64,000 nt of DNA, from NCBI GenBank assembly GCA_963816185.1, contig CAWFJJ010000029.1, positions 1-64,000 of the forward strand, given 5' to 3'. Source of the stretch: Thermoanaerobaculia bacterium (GTDB taxonomy: Bacteria > Acidobacteriota > Thermoanaerobaculia > UBA5066). The number at the start of each line of letters is the position of its first letter. Position 1 is the stretch's first letter. A program made the position numbers and the translations under genes. A model generated the notes under the pieces. That model was not told where the DNA came from. It was given only the letters and a program-made list of their open reading frames with translations, and did no database searches. Below are positions 1-8,729 of the stretch, piece after piece.

Positions 1-164
1 CCGAGAGCATGTTCCGGCGCTACAACATCACGACGACGGCGGATAAGCTCGAGGCTCTGAGGCTCCGGCAGCGATACGTCGAGGCGCAGGCCGGCGAGTC
101 GAACGTCTCCGCGTTTCCCGTCGCGAACACGGACACAACACGGACACCCGGGGGTAGCGTGTGA
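1..164 (+). CDS. C-terminal end of a tyrosine recombinase/phage integrase (5'-truncated by window edge)
   Basis: Frame from nt 3 reads ESMFRRYNITTTADKLEAL...GGSV*. The SMFRRYNI motif resembles integrase box II with the catalytic Tyr, and the ORF lies next to an att-like tmRNA fragment. Confidence 0.7.
   Translation, partial: ESMFRRYNITTTADKLEALRLRQRYVEAQAGESNVSAFPVANTDTTRTPGGSV
126..147 (+). repeat. Perfect 11-bp tandem repeat AACACGGACAC x2, candidate integrase arm-type sites
   Basis: Seen at 126-136 and 137-147, about 60 bp from the att core. The arm-site role is inferred. Confidence 0.55.
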
Positions 165-205
165 GGTTAAGTCGCGACGCTGCAATGAGTAAGGTATCAC
201 CGGCA

Positions 206-233
206 GGGGGTTCGACTCCCCCCGCCTCCACCA
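206..233 (+). mobile_element. att site: isolated 3'-end fragment of tmRNA (ssrA) or tRNA-Ala type (T-arm + acceptor strand + CCA)
   Basis: GGGGG TTCGACT CCCCC CGCCTCC A CCA gives a T-stem/loop and an acceptor strand with the U70 Ala determinant. No 5' half lies upstream; integrase sequence is there instead. Confidence 0.75.
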
Positions 234-236
234 TGT

Positions 237-266
237 CGAGGGGGATTCGTAAACGGGTCCCCCTCG
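237..266 (+). terminator. Hairpin immediately after the CCA end (probable original ssrA terminator/processing stem)
   Basis: CGAGGGGGATTCG-TAAA-CGGGTCCCCCTCG, 13-bp stem with G-U pairs, weak U tract. Confidence 0.45.
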
Positions 267-334
267 GCCTGCCCTTCCGCCGCCTCTCTGGGGTTTCTGC
301 GTCTCTTATTGTTGCCTCCAACTTCGTGCGGCTC

Positions 335-381
335 TTGACTCCGACCTCTATAAGAGGTCATATGACCGCCTATGGCGGTCA
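335..381 (+). promoter_or_regulatory. Sigma70-like promoter (TTGACT at 335) with twin GACC-N9-GGTC operators
   Basis: Palindromes GACCTCT-ATA-AGAGGTC (343-359) and TGACCGCC-TAT-GGCGGTCA (363-381). The second overlaps the ATG of the wHTH gene. Confidence 0.6.
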
Positions 382-701
382 CATCGCCCTTTGGCTCCCT
401 CACCCGGACGCGACTTCTGCTCGCCTTGGAGCTACTAGGGCAGAGCTATGCGCGAGAACTCGCGCGGCTGCTGGGCGCACCGCTCTCGGTCGTGCAGAAG
501 GCTCTCTCGAGCCTCGAGCGCGACGGCATGATCGCCGGCCGATTCTTCGGCCGAACGCGCATCTTCGAGATCAACCCGAGCTACTTCGCAGCCACACAAC
601 TACGGAGCCTCATCGCCAGGCTGACGGCCGCAGATTCCGACCTCAAGGCTCGTGTGGCTGAACTGAGGCGGCGGCCGAGGCGCACAGGAAAGCGTCTATG
701 A
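372..701 (+). CDS. Winged-helix (ArsR/MarR-like) DNA-binding protein, putative antitoxin/regulator
   Basis: YARELARLLGAPLSVVQKALSSLERDG...GRTRIFEIN wHTH pattern; ATGA overlap with the next gene. Confidence 0.75.
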   Translation: MAVTSPFGSLTRTRLLLALELLGQSYARELARLLGAPLSVVQKALSSLERDGMIAGRFFGRTRIFEINPSYFAATQLRSLIARLTAADSDLKARVAELRRRPRRTGKRL

Positions 702-1285
702 AGATCACGGCGCGTTCCTCTCTGAGGCAGGTCGCGGCTATCGTCGCCAAGGCGCTCAGCAGCGCCGACATTCGAGCGGTTCTAACGGGAGGCGCCTGCG
801 CGACGATCTATTCGGAAGGTGAATATCAGTCCGAGGATCTAGATCTGATCCTCCAGTCTTCACCGACCCAGAAGACGCTCGACCAGGCGATGAAGAGAGC
901 GGGGTTTATCCGACATGGGGATTGCTACGACCACCCGAACACACAGTTCTTTGTCGAGTTTCCGCGAGGGCCGTTGTCGATTGGCGCCGACCTGTCGGTA
1001 AACCCCGCCGAGCTACGGATCGCCGGTGTGCGCGTCGCCCTTCTTTCCGCGACGGACTCCTGCCGAGATCGTCTCGCGGCGTTCTACCACTGGAAGGATC
1101 GCCAAAGCCTGCGGGCAGCGGTCGCTATAGCCGCGAGGCATCCTGTCGATCTCGAACGGATCAAATCCTGGAGTGCGCGAGAAGGCGCGGGCCGAGGGTT
1201 CGAGGAATTCGCCGACGAGGTCCGCACTGCAAGGGCGGGACGGCGTATGGCGGCCAAGAAAGGCCGCCTCAATCGCGAACGCTGA
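698..1285 (+). CDS. Pol-beta-fold nucleotidyltransferase (AbiEii/DUF6036-like), putative toxin
   Basis: VLTGGACATIYSEGEYQSEDLDL matches the GG...DxD NTase motif; translationally coupled to the wHTH gene. Confidence 0.65.
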   Translation: MKITARSSLRQVAAIVAKALSSADIRAVLTGGACATIYSEGEYQSEDLDLILQSSPTQKTLDQAMKRAGFIRHGDCYDHPNTQFFVEFPRGPLSIGADLSVNPAELRIAGVRVALLSATDSCRDRLAAFYHWKDRQSLRAAVAIAARHPVDLERIKSWSAREGAGRGFEEFADEVRTARAGRRMAAKKGRLNRER

Positions 1286-1501
1286 AGGACGAAGGTGACG
1301 CTGCCCTCCGCTGCCCTCGTACTCTGTTGCCCTACTTCTTCTTTTCTGGAGACTCCGCTGCCTTTCCCAACGCGTGGTCGAGGCTCTCTGCCGCGCTTCC
1401 ATCTTCATCGTGCGCGAGCATCGCTCGCCCCACGAGGCTCCATTGCCGCAGCGGCTCCATGCCGTCTCCCTGGCCGGAGTCGGGGAACGCCGCAGGCCTC
1501 T

Positions 1502-1615
1502 TCAGCAGCAGAGCGCCTGCGTATGGCAGCCAGGAAGGGCTGGAACCCACGCGATCAGAAAGCCGTCGCTGTCCTTTTCGATCACGACATTGAACTGACG
1601 TGAGCGTTTCGCCAT
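1502..1615 (-). pseudogene. Truncated HicB-family antitoxin (37 aa)
   Basis: MAKRSRQFNVVIEKDSDGFLIAWVPALPGCHTQA is a typical HicB N-terminus, followed at once by LCC*. Not in the ORF track. Confidence 0.7.
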
Positions 1616-1628
1616 CGCCGCGGCCTTC

Positions 1629-2120
1629 CTACGCCGCCTCGAGCTCCTGTTCGACCCAGCTGTTGCCTTTCGGTCGGACTCCTAGAGGCTTCGGAGAGCG
1701 GTCCTCGGTAATCGTCGCCAGCGTCTCGATCGGATAGCTTCGAGTGGGCTGGGTGTGAACCACGAGCATTCGAATGAGCTTCTCGGCGCTGGAGCCGATC
1801 TTCTCCTTCCCGTTCTCCCAGCGCGAGATCGTTTCCGCGGCAACGCCGACGATCTTCGCGAAATCGACGCCCGAGTAGCCCAGATACTTTCTGAGGAACC
1901 TGATCTCGTCCTTTGTGAGACGGGAGACCTGCCGGACTACCGCCGCAGCTAGCACCCGGTGAAGCTCCTCGATGCGGGGAATGACGACCTCGTGGTCCCC
2001 ACATTTCGAGCATCGCCTCACTCCCACGCCGATGAGCGTGACGTTCGACAGCCCGCAGGCCGTGTACCGGTAGTTCTCACGCTTCATCGTCAGCTTTCCG
2101 CCGCACTGGATGCACGTCAT
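1629..2120 (-). CDS. MqsA-family antitoxin (CxxC zinc finger + XRE HTH)
   Basis: MTCIQCGG...RCSKCG zinc finger and EIRFLRKYLGYSGVDFAKIVGVAAETISRWENG HTH; GGAGAG SD before the ATG at 2120. Confidence 0.85.
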   Translation of the reverse strand: MTCIQCGGKLTMKRENYRYTACGLSNVTLIGVGVRRCSKCGDHEVVIPRIEELHRVLAAAVVRQVSRLTKDEIRFLRKYLGYSGVDFAKIVGVAAETISRWENGKEKIGSSAEKLIRMLVVHTQPTRSYPIETLATITEDRSPKPLGVRPKGNSWVEQELEAA

Positions 2121-2180
2121 CGCTTTTCTCTCCATGCCGTTACGACCGCGATCTCCGGTTCCAGCGGCTCCCTTCAGCAC
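2117..2180 (-). pseudogene. Internally deleted toxin remnant (DUF4258/RelE-like) upstream of mqsA-like gene
   Basis: Reads REPLEPEIAVVTAWREKR* with an ATGA overlap onto the antitoxin start. A VVTAW C-terminus is typical of such toxins. A TTGACA-N18-TAACCT promoter lies just upstream. Confidence 0.5.
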
Positions 2181-2264
2181 GCGAAAGAGGTTATCGCGTG
2201 GCTTGAGGTGATGTCAAGCAATGATGTTTTTATACTTTCGGCCCAAGGGGGGCTCCCGAGCCCT

Positions 2265-3014
2265 CTAGCGAATCCGGATCTCGCGGAGATTCGCCCGGGT
2301 GGTCGCCGAGTACCAGATCTCGACGAACTCCCGAATCGACTCCTGCTCTCGCCGCCTTATCTCTTCGACCACAGGTCTCCGAAGAAGGGCCTTGATGCTC
2401 GCGAAGGCGCTCGCGGGCCGCGACGCCAGATCCGCGGCGACCCGCCTCGCCCGATCGAGCACCGCCTCCTCCGGTTGAGCCTCTTCCACCAGTCCCAGGC
2501 TTTGCGCCTCTTCGGCCGAGAACATTGCTCCCGAGGTGAGGACCTTCGTCGCGGCCGCGTTTCCGACCCAGAAGCGCAGCATCTCGGTGCTTCCGGCGAA
2601 GATCGTCGATCCGAAGCTGATCTCGTTGAGCGAAATCCTCGCGTTCCCGGCCGCCATGACGCGGCCGTCACAGGCGAGAGCCAGCATGCATCCGCCGGCG
2701 ACTGCGTGACCGTTCAATCCGGCCACCAGGGGTTTCGGATAGAGAAACATGTACGTGTAGAGCCCGCAAAAGGCCGCCACATAGGCCGTGAACTCCTCTT
2801 TCGAAAAAGTGAGGAACTCGGGAACGTCGAATCCGAAGGAGAAGAACCGGCCTCGTCCCGTGAGGACGACGGCCGTTATCCCCGGATCGCCTTCCAGCTC
2901 TTCGAGGCGGCTTCTCAGCTCGGCGACCACCGCACCGTTCAGCGCGTTCACTTTTCCCCGGGCCAGAAAGATCGTGGCGATTCCGTCGCTCGTTTCCAAC
3001 TCGGTGAGGGTCAT
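2265..3014 (-). CDS. Enoyl-CoA hydratase/isomerase family protein
   Basis: FFSFGFDV and NGHAVAGGCMLALACD crotonase motifs; start re-set to MTLTELETSDG. Confidence 0.9.
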   Translation of the reverse strand: MTLTELETSDGIATIFLARGKVNALNGAVVAELRSRLEELEGDPGITAVVLTGRGRFFSFGFDVPEFLTFSKEEFTAYVAAFCGLYTYMFLYPKPLVAGLNGHAVAGGCMLALACDGRVMAAGNARISLNEISFGSTIFAGSTEMLRFWVGNAAATKVLTSGAMFSAEEAQSLGLVEEAQPEEAVLDRARRVAADLASRPASAFASIKALLRRPVVEEIRRREQESIREFVEIWYSATTRANLREIRIR

Positions 3015-4222
3015 GAGATCCCCTCCGGCGAGGCCACGACGCCCTTCGCGAGAAGCGCGTCGACCTCGGCGTCGGTGTAGCCGGCTCTCCGCAGGACGCC
3101 GCGCGTGTCGGCGCCGATCGCGGCCGGGTCGCGCCGGATGCCGAAGTCGTGGCGGCCCACCTCGATGGGAAGGCGCGGCATCTTCGTCTTGACTCCGCCC
3201 GGGAAGGTCGTCGGCAAGAGGCCGGCGCCCTGATTCAGCTGCGGGTCCGTGAACAGATCCTCGGGCCGCGCGATCGGAGCGAACGGCACGTCCGCCTTCT
3301 CGCAACGGGCGATGATCTCGTCGCGCGTGAAGGCGCCCAGAAGCCTTTCGATCTCGGGCAGCAGCCACGCGCGTTCGCGGATGCGGTCGTTGTTCGTGCG
3401 CAGGCGGGGGTCGGCGAGGAGGTCCGGGCGGCCGAAGGCCTCGCAGAAACGCTCCCAGTGCTTGTCGGAGATGAGGCCCACGAAGACGGGCAGACCGTCT
3501 TTGCCCGTGAAGACGCGGTACACGGACCAGGCCGAGACGCGCGCCGCCATCGGGGGCACGGGCTCGTCCGTGAGCGCCGCGTAGGCCATGTGCTGGCCCA
3601 TGAGAAAGGCGGTCGTCTCGAACAGAGCGCTCTTTACTTTCAGGCCTTTCCCCGTCGCGGCACGCTCGCGGAGCGCGAGGAGGATCGCGATGACGCCGAA
3701 CATGCCGCCCGTGATGTCGATGACGGACGTTCCGGCGCGGAGCGGCTGGCCGGGGGGGCCCGTCATGTACGCAAGGCCGCCCATCATCTGGACGACTTCG
3801 TCCATGGCGTGGCGCTTTTCGTAAGGGCCCGAAAGAAAGCCCTTCAGCGCGCAGTACACGAGCCGCGGGTTGAGCGCGGAGAGCACGTCCCACCCGTACC
3901 CGAGCCGCTCCATCGTGCCGGGGCCGAAGTTCTCAATGACGACGTCGGCCGTCTTCACGAGGCGGAGGACGATCTCCTTTCCCTCGGGCGTTTTCAGGTC
4001 GAGGGCAAGGCTCGCTTTGTTGCGGTTGAAGTACGGGAAGTAGCCCGTGCCGAAACCGCGCAGGCGGCGCGTGGGGTCGCCGTCCACGGGCTCGATCCGG
4101 AGCACGTCGGCCCCGAGGTCCGCGAGGATGACGCCGCATGCAGGGCCCATCACGGCGTGTGTGAACTCGAGGACCGAAACGTCCGCGAGGGGGAGCCGCG
4201 ACCGATCAAGAGGCTGGCCCAT
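3011..4222 (-). CDS. CaiB/BaiF family (class III) CoA-transferase
   Basis: GPACGVILADLGADVLRIEP, NRNKAS, ENFGPG motifs. Confidence 0.92.
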   Translation of the reverse strand: MGQPLDRSRLPLADVSVLEFTHAVMGPACGVILADLGADVLRIEPVDGDPTRRLRGFGTGYFPYFNRNKASLALDLKTPEGKEIVLRLVKTADVVIENFGPGTMERLGYGWDVLSALNPRLVYCALKGFLSGPYEKRHAMDEVVQMMGGLAYMTGPPGQPLRAGTSVIDITGGMFGVIAILLALRERAATGKGLKVKSALFETTAFLMGQHMAYAALTDEPVPPMAARVSAWSVYRVFTGKDGLPVFVGLISDKHWERFCEAFGRPDLLADPRLRTNNDRIRERAWLLPEIERLLGAFTRDEIIARCEKADVPFAPIARPEDLFTDPQLNQGAGLLPTTFPGGVKTKMPRLPIEVGRHDFGIRRDPAAIGADTRGVLRRAGYTDAEVDALLAKGVVASPEGIS

Positions 4223-4236
4223 GGGCGCCCTCGATC

Positions 4237-5130
4237 CTACGCGGCGAGCGCGTGGATCTTGCCGGGAAGGCTCCTGCCAAGGAACTCCTCCATCCGGCGC
4301 GCGGCGCGGATCACGGGCTCGAGTTTGACTCCCGTCAAAACGCCCATCGCCTCGAGCATGTTCACGGTGTCTTCCGTCGCGATGTTGCCGGACGCCCCCG
4401 GAATGAACGGGCAGCCCCCGAGACCCCCGAACCCGGTGTCGAAGCGTGTGACGCCGGCCTGCAGCCCCGCGAGAAGATTCGACAGCCCGAGGCCCCGCGT
4501 GTCGTGGAGGTGAAGGACGATCGGAACCGCTCCTGCGACGGGCAGGACGCGCTCGAGGACGTCCGCGATCTGCCGTGGATTCGCCATGCCCGTCGAGTCC
4601 GCGAGGGAAAGGGCGGCGGCGCCTTCCGCCACGATCTCCCGGGACATCTCCACGACGCGGTCGACCGGAATGGCGCCCTCGTAGGCGCATCCGAAGGCGC
4701 ACTGGAGGCCCACGCGCGTCCTCAGGCCCTTCGAAATCGCGGCCTGGATCATGAGCCTGAGGTCCGCGCGCGCCTCGTGAAGGCTGCGGTTTGCGTTCTT
4801 CCGGCTGTGCGTGTCGCTGGTCGAGATCGAGAGGTCGACGGCACCGAGGCCTGCCGCGGCGGCGCGTTCGACTCCCCTGCCGTTCAGCACGAGGCCGCTG
4901 TACGTGACGCCCGGGCGCCTCGCGACCCTCTTGACGACCTCCTCCGCGTCGGCCATCTGCGGTACACGCGCCGGGTGAACGAACGAGCAGAGCTGGATTT
5001 CCGCGAGGCCCGCGTCCGCGAGTCCCTCGATCAAGTCGACCTTGAGGTCGGTCGGGATGAGCTTCTTTTCGGACTGAAAGCCGTCGCGGGGACCGACCTC
5101 GATGAGCGTGACGCGCTCGGGAAGAACCAT
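4237..5130 (-). CDS. Hydroxymethylglutaryl-CoA lyase
   Basis: EVGPRDGFQ, HLHDTRG, GGCPFIPGASGN motifs. Confidence 0.92.
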   Translation of the reverse strand: MVLPERVTLIEVGPRDGFQSEKKLIPTDLKVDLIEGLADAGLAEIQLCSFVHPARVPQMADAEEVVKRVARRPGVTYSGLVLNGRGVERAAAAGLGAVDLSISTSDTHSRKNANRSLHEARADLRLMIQAAISKGLRTRVGLQCAFGCAYEGAIPVDRVVEMSREIVAEGAAALSLADSTGMANPRQIADVLERVLPVAGAVPIVLHLHDTRGLGLSNLLAGLQAGVTRFDTGFGGLGGCPFIPGASGNIATEDTVNMLEAMGVLTGVKLEPVIRAARRMEEFLGRSLPGKIHALAA

Positions 5131-5204
5131 CGCCACGCGGGCAAGGATCTCACATCCAATCCGCGCGCTTGACGCCGCGGCGCGGGTCCCTTACCTTGAC
5201 CGGT

Positions 5205-5600
5205 GTGGTGAAGAGCCCCGGGAAAGCCGCCCCTTCCCTCCTCGTCGTCGTGACGTCGGTCGGGACCGAGGAGCAGGCCCTCGACATCGCACAGCGCCTC
5301 GTCCAGGGCCAGCTCGCCGCGTGCGTCAATATCCTGCCCGGAGTGAGATCCGTTTTCCGGTGGAAGGGGAAGGTCCAGCACGAGGGCGAGTTCCTGCTGA
5401 TGGTCAAGACCCTGAAGGAGAACTTCGAGCGTGTGAGGCAGGTCATGAAGGAGCTCAACGCTTACGAGCTGCCCGAGATCCTCGGCTTCCCCGCGAGCCA
5501 TGCCGACGACGCGTTCGCCGCGTGGGTGGCCGCGAGCTCCACGGGAATCGAAAATCCGTCGGACGACGAGGATGACCCGGGTGAAGCGACGATCGATTGA
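5205..5600 (+). CDS. cutA: Divalent-cation tolerance protein CutA
   Basis: LAACVNILPGVRSVFRWKG...YELPEI. A TTGACG-N17-TACCTT promoter lies just upstream, so the mRNA may be leaderless. Confidence 0.88.
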   Translation: MVKSPGKAAPSLLVVVTSVGTEEQALDIAQRLVQGQLAACVNILPGVRSVFRWKGKVQHEGEFLLMVKTLKENFERVRQVMKELNAYELPEILGFPASHADDAFAAWVAASSTGIENPSDDEDDPGEATID

Positions 5601-5619
5601 GATCTCTTCGCATTCCTCG

Positions 5620-6444
5620 ATGAAGCGAGGCGCTCGATCCACCTTCTCCATCCGCCTCAGGGCGTGTCTTCGGCTCTGCCTTGCGGCCGGTGCTTTGCTG
5701 GCCGCGGGCCTCGATGCTTCGGCCGCGGCCGTCGCGCTGACTCCAGTCGCCGACGTCACGATTTTCGAGGAGAACGCGGACGCGAGCGACGCGAAGAGCC
5801 CCTCCCTCTTCGCGGGACGCAATAACCGCGATGCGATCCGCCGCGCCCTCCTCCGCTTCGACGTTGCGAGCGCCGTTCCGGCGGGCGTCGTCGTGTCTTC
5901 CGCGACGCTGAGTCTGAGCCTGACGCGCTCAAACTCGGGATTCGTCCTCGCGTCCCTCTACAGCGTCTCGGCCGCCTGGAGCGAGGGCACGTCGAACGCC
6001 GGAACTCCAGGAGGCAGCGGCGCCGCGGCAACGGCCGGCGACGTGACGTGGACGAGACGCATCTATCCGGGGACCTTCTGGCTCAATCCGGGAGGCGACA
6101 CGGCGTCCGCTGCGAGCGCCACGACGCTCATCGGATCGTCTCTGACGGACTATGTTTTCACGACGACTCCCCAAATGGTCGCCGACGTGCAGGGCTGGCT
6201 CGACCAGCCCGCCACGAACTTCGGCTGGCAGCTCCGTGCGGACGAGACCCAGATCGCGCCCACGGCCAAGCGCTTCGGCTCGCGCGAGAGCACGGATCCC
6301 GGCCTTGCGCCGCTTCTCGTGCTCACGTACGACGTGAACCCTGCCCCGTCAACCGGCGTTCCGGCGCTCGACGCACGTATGCAGGCGGTCCTTGCGCTCC
6401 TCCTCGCCGCCGGAGGCGCGGGGCTGCTTCACCGCGAATCCTGA
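5620..6444 (+). CDS. Secreted DNRLRE/CBM96-like domain protein with IPTL-CTERM-like sorting signal
   Basis: Signal peptide; ADVTIFE, RALLRFDV, FGSRES...PLLVLTY pattern; C-terminal VPAL + TM helix + short tail. Confidence 0.72.
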   Translation: MKRGARSTFSIRLRACLRLCLAAGALLAAGLDASAAAVALTPVADVTIFEENADASDAKSPSLFAGRNNRDAIRRALLRFDVASAVPAGVVVSSATLSLSLTRSNSGFVLASLYSVSAAWSEGTSNAGTPGGSGAAATAGDVTWTRRIYPGTFWLNPGGDTASAASATTLIGSSLTDYVFTTTPQMVADVQGWLDQPATNFGWQLRADETQIAPTAKRFGSRESTDPGLAPLLVLTYDVNPAPSTGVPALDARMQAVLALLLAAGGAGLLHRES

Positions 6445-6471
6445 CGCGAGAGCGGCCGGGCTCGAGCCCTT

Positions 6472-7704
6472 TCAGACCCCCGCGAGCGCGTTCTCGAGAT
6501 CCTGCAGGATGTCCTCCACGTCCTCGATACCGACCGAGACGCGCACGAGGCCGGGCGTGATGCCGCGCCGAAGGCGCTCGTCGGGCTCGACGCTCGCGTG
6601 CGTCATCGAGGCCGGGTGCGAGATGAGGCTCTCGACGCCGCCGAGGGACTCGCCGAGGGCGCAGATCACGACGCGGTCGAGGAGACGGCGGGCCGCCTCT
6701 TCGGAGCCGAGATCGAAGGAGATCATCCCGCCGAAGCCCGACATCTGCCGCGCCGCGACGGCGTGGCCGGGATGGGACGAAAGGCCCGGATAGAACACCT
6801 TCTTCACCTTCGGGTGAGAGGAGAGCCACGCCGCCACCGTGCGGCCGTTCGCGTCGTGGGTGCGCATGCGGACGGGCAGCGTCTTGATCCCGCGCGAGAC
6901 GAGGAACGAGTCGAACGGCGAGAGGATCGCACCCGCCGCGTTCTGCGTGAAGCCGATTTTCTCGCCGTCCTTCGGGTCCGCGCAGATCACGGCGCCGCCC
7001 ACCGAGTCCGAATGGCCGTTGAGGTACTTCGTCGTGGAATGGACGACGACGTCGCACCCCAGCGCGAGCGGCTTCTGGAAGAACGGCGTCGCGAACGTGT
7101 TGTCGACGACGACCCTGATCTTCGCGCCGATTCGCGCGCTCTCGCGCCGGGCCACGGCCGCGAGAGCCCGGAGGTCCGAGATCTCCATCGTGGGGTTCGT
7201 CGGCGTCTCGACGAAGAGCATCCGCGTCGCCTTCGTCACGGCTTTGCGCACCGTCTCGACATTCGTCGTGTCGACGTAGTCGAACGTCACGCCGAAGTTC
7301 GCGAGGACCTTCGAGAAGAACCGGTACGTGCCGCCGTACGTGTTGCGGCTCACGAGCACGTGGTCGCCCGCCTTCACGAGGCTGAGCATGAGCGACGTCG
7401 TGGCCGCCATTCCCGAAGCGAACGCGTGCGCCGTCGCGGAGCCGTTCGCCCCGCCTTCGAGCGCGGCGAGCTGCGTCTCGAGGGCGAGCCGAGTGGGGTT
7501 CTTCGTGCGCGCGTACTCGTAACCCTGGCGCGGCTTGCCGAAGCTCTCCTGGACGTACGTCGACGTCTGGAAGATCGGCACGGCGACCGCTCCGGTGACC
7601 GGCTCGGGCTCCTGTCCTGCGTGCACGCACGTCGTCGCGAAGCCCGGGACTCGCGCCTTCTTGGGTGTCCTCTTGAGGGTCTCGCCCGCGGCCTTCGTCT
7701 TCAT
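6472..7704 (-). CDS. Cystathionine gamma-lyase/synthase (PLP transsulfuration enzyme)
   Basis: YARTKNPT, DNTFATP, STTKYLNGHSD, ESLGGVESL motifs. Confidence 0.93.
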   Translation of the reverse strand: MKTKAAGETLKRTPKKARVPGFATTCVHAGQEPEPVTGAVAVPIFQTSTYVQESFGKPRQGYEYARTKNPTRLALETQLAALEGGANGSATAHAFASGMAATTSLMLSLVKAGDHVLVSRNTYGGTYRFFSKVLANFGVTFDYVDTTNVETVRKAVTKATRMLFVETPTNPTMEISDLRALAAVARRESARIGAKIRVVVDNTFATPFFQKPLALGCDVVVHSTTKYLNGHSDSVGGAVICADPKDGEKIGFTQNAAGAILSPFDSFLVSRGIKTLPVRMRTHDANGRTVAAWLSSHPKVKKVFYPGLSSHPGHAVAARQMSGFGGMISFDLGSEEAARRLLDRVVICALGESLGGVESLISHPASMTHASVEPDERLRRGITPGLVRVSVGIEDVEDILQDLENALAGV

Positions 7705-8639
7705 CCGAGGATGCCCTTGCTCATGTACCGTTCGGCGCCGTCCGGCAGCAGCGTAACGACGCGCTTGCCGGGGCCGAGGCGTCGGGCGATCCGGCGCGCC
7801 GCGGCGGCGTTGCAGCCCGAGGAGCCGCCCACGAGGAGCCCTTCCGTGCGCGCGATCTCGAGGACCGTGGCGAAGGCCTCGGCGTCGTCGATCGCGATGA
7901 TCTCGTCCACGAGCGAGGCATCCCAGATCTCGGGAAAAAAAGACGCCCCGATCCCCTCGACCTTGTGGGGGCCCGGCTTGCCTCCCCCGAGGATGGAGCC
8001 CTCCGGCTCGACGACGATCTTCAGGACGTCCGGCAGGCGTTCGGCGAGAAACCGCGCGACCCCCACGAACGTGCCCGAGGAACCGGCTCCGATGACGACG
8101 GCGTCGAGGCGGCCCTCGCACTGCTCGAGGATCTCGGGTCCCGTCGTCTCGTAGTGCGCGCGCGGATTCGAGGGGTTCGCGAACTGCTGCGGGACGTAGG
8201 CGCCGGGGATCTCTTTCGCGAGAGCATGCGCCTTGTCGATGGCGCCCTTCATGCCGAGCGCGTCGGGCGTCTGCACGACGGACCCGCCGAGCGCGATCAT
8301 GACTTTCTGTTTTTCGATCGAGAACCTCTCGGGCACGCAGAGAATGACGCGGTACCCGCGCGCGACACCTACGAGCGCGAGAGCGATGCCCGTGTTTCCG
8401 GCCGTGGGCTCGATGATCGTCCCGCCTCTCTTCAGGAAACCCTTTTCCTCCGCGTCGCGGATCATCCCGATGCCGATGCGGTCTTTCACGGAGCCGCCCG
8501 GGTTCAGGAACTCGCACTTGGCGAGGATCTCGGCCGTGCCGCTCCCCGCGAAGCGCGAGAGCCGGACCATCGGCGTTCCTCCGACGAGATCCAGCGCGGA
8601 ATCGGCGACGACGAGCGGACGGGCAGCGAGGACAGTCAT
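7701..8639 (-). CDS. Cysteine synthase / O-acetylserine-dependent cystathionine beta-synthase (MccA-like)
   Basis: NPGGSVKDR and EPTAGNTG motifs; coupled to the gamma-lyase as in mccAB. Confidence 0.9.
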   Translation of the reverse strand: MTVLAARPLVVADSALDLVGGTPMVRLSRFAGSGTAEILAKCEFLNPGGSVKDRIGIGMIRDAEEKGFLKRGGTIIEPTAGNTGIALALVGVARGYRVILCVPERFSIEKQKVMIALGGSVVQTPDALGMKGAIDKAHALAKEIPGAYVPQQFANPSNPRAHYETTGPEILEQCEGRLDAVVIGAGSSGTFVGVARFLAERLPDVLKIVVEPEGSILGGGKPGPHKVEGIGASFFPEIWDASLVDEIIAIDDAEAFATVLEIARTEGLLVGGSSGCNAAAARRIARRLGPGKRVVTLLPDGAERYMSKGILG

Positions 8640-8691
8640 TAGAAGAGACTCTAGCAGCGTGCGCGAAGCGCACGCTGAGCGTCTTTGAGAC

Positions 8692-8722
8692 CGGGGGGAA
8701 AGATCCCTGATCTTTCCCCCCG
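8692..8722 (-). terminator. Perfect 14-bp stem hairpin after the zinc-ribbon gene
   Basis: CGGGGGGAAAGATC-CCT-GATCTTTCCCCCCG. Confidence 0.55.
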
Positions 8723-8729
8723 AACCCCC

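Noticed and set aside
206-233. Complete tRNA or tmRNA gene
   Set aside because: Only the T-arm and 3' acceptor strand are present; upstream sequence is integrase coding and spacer.
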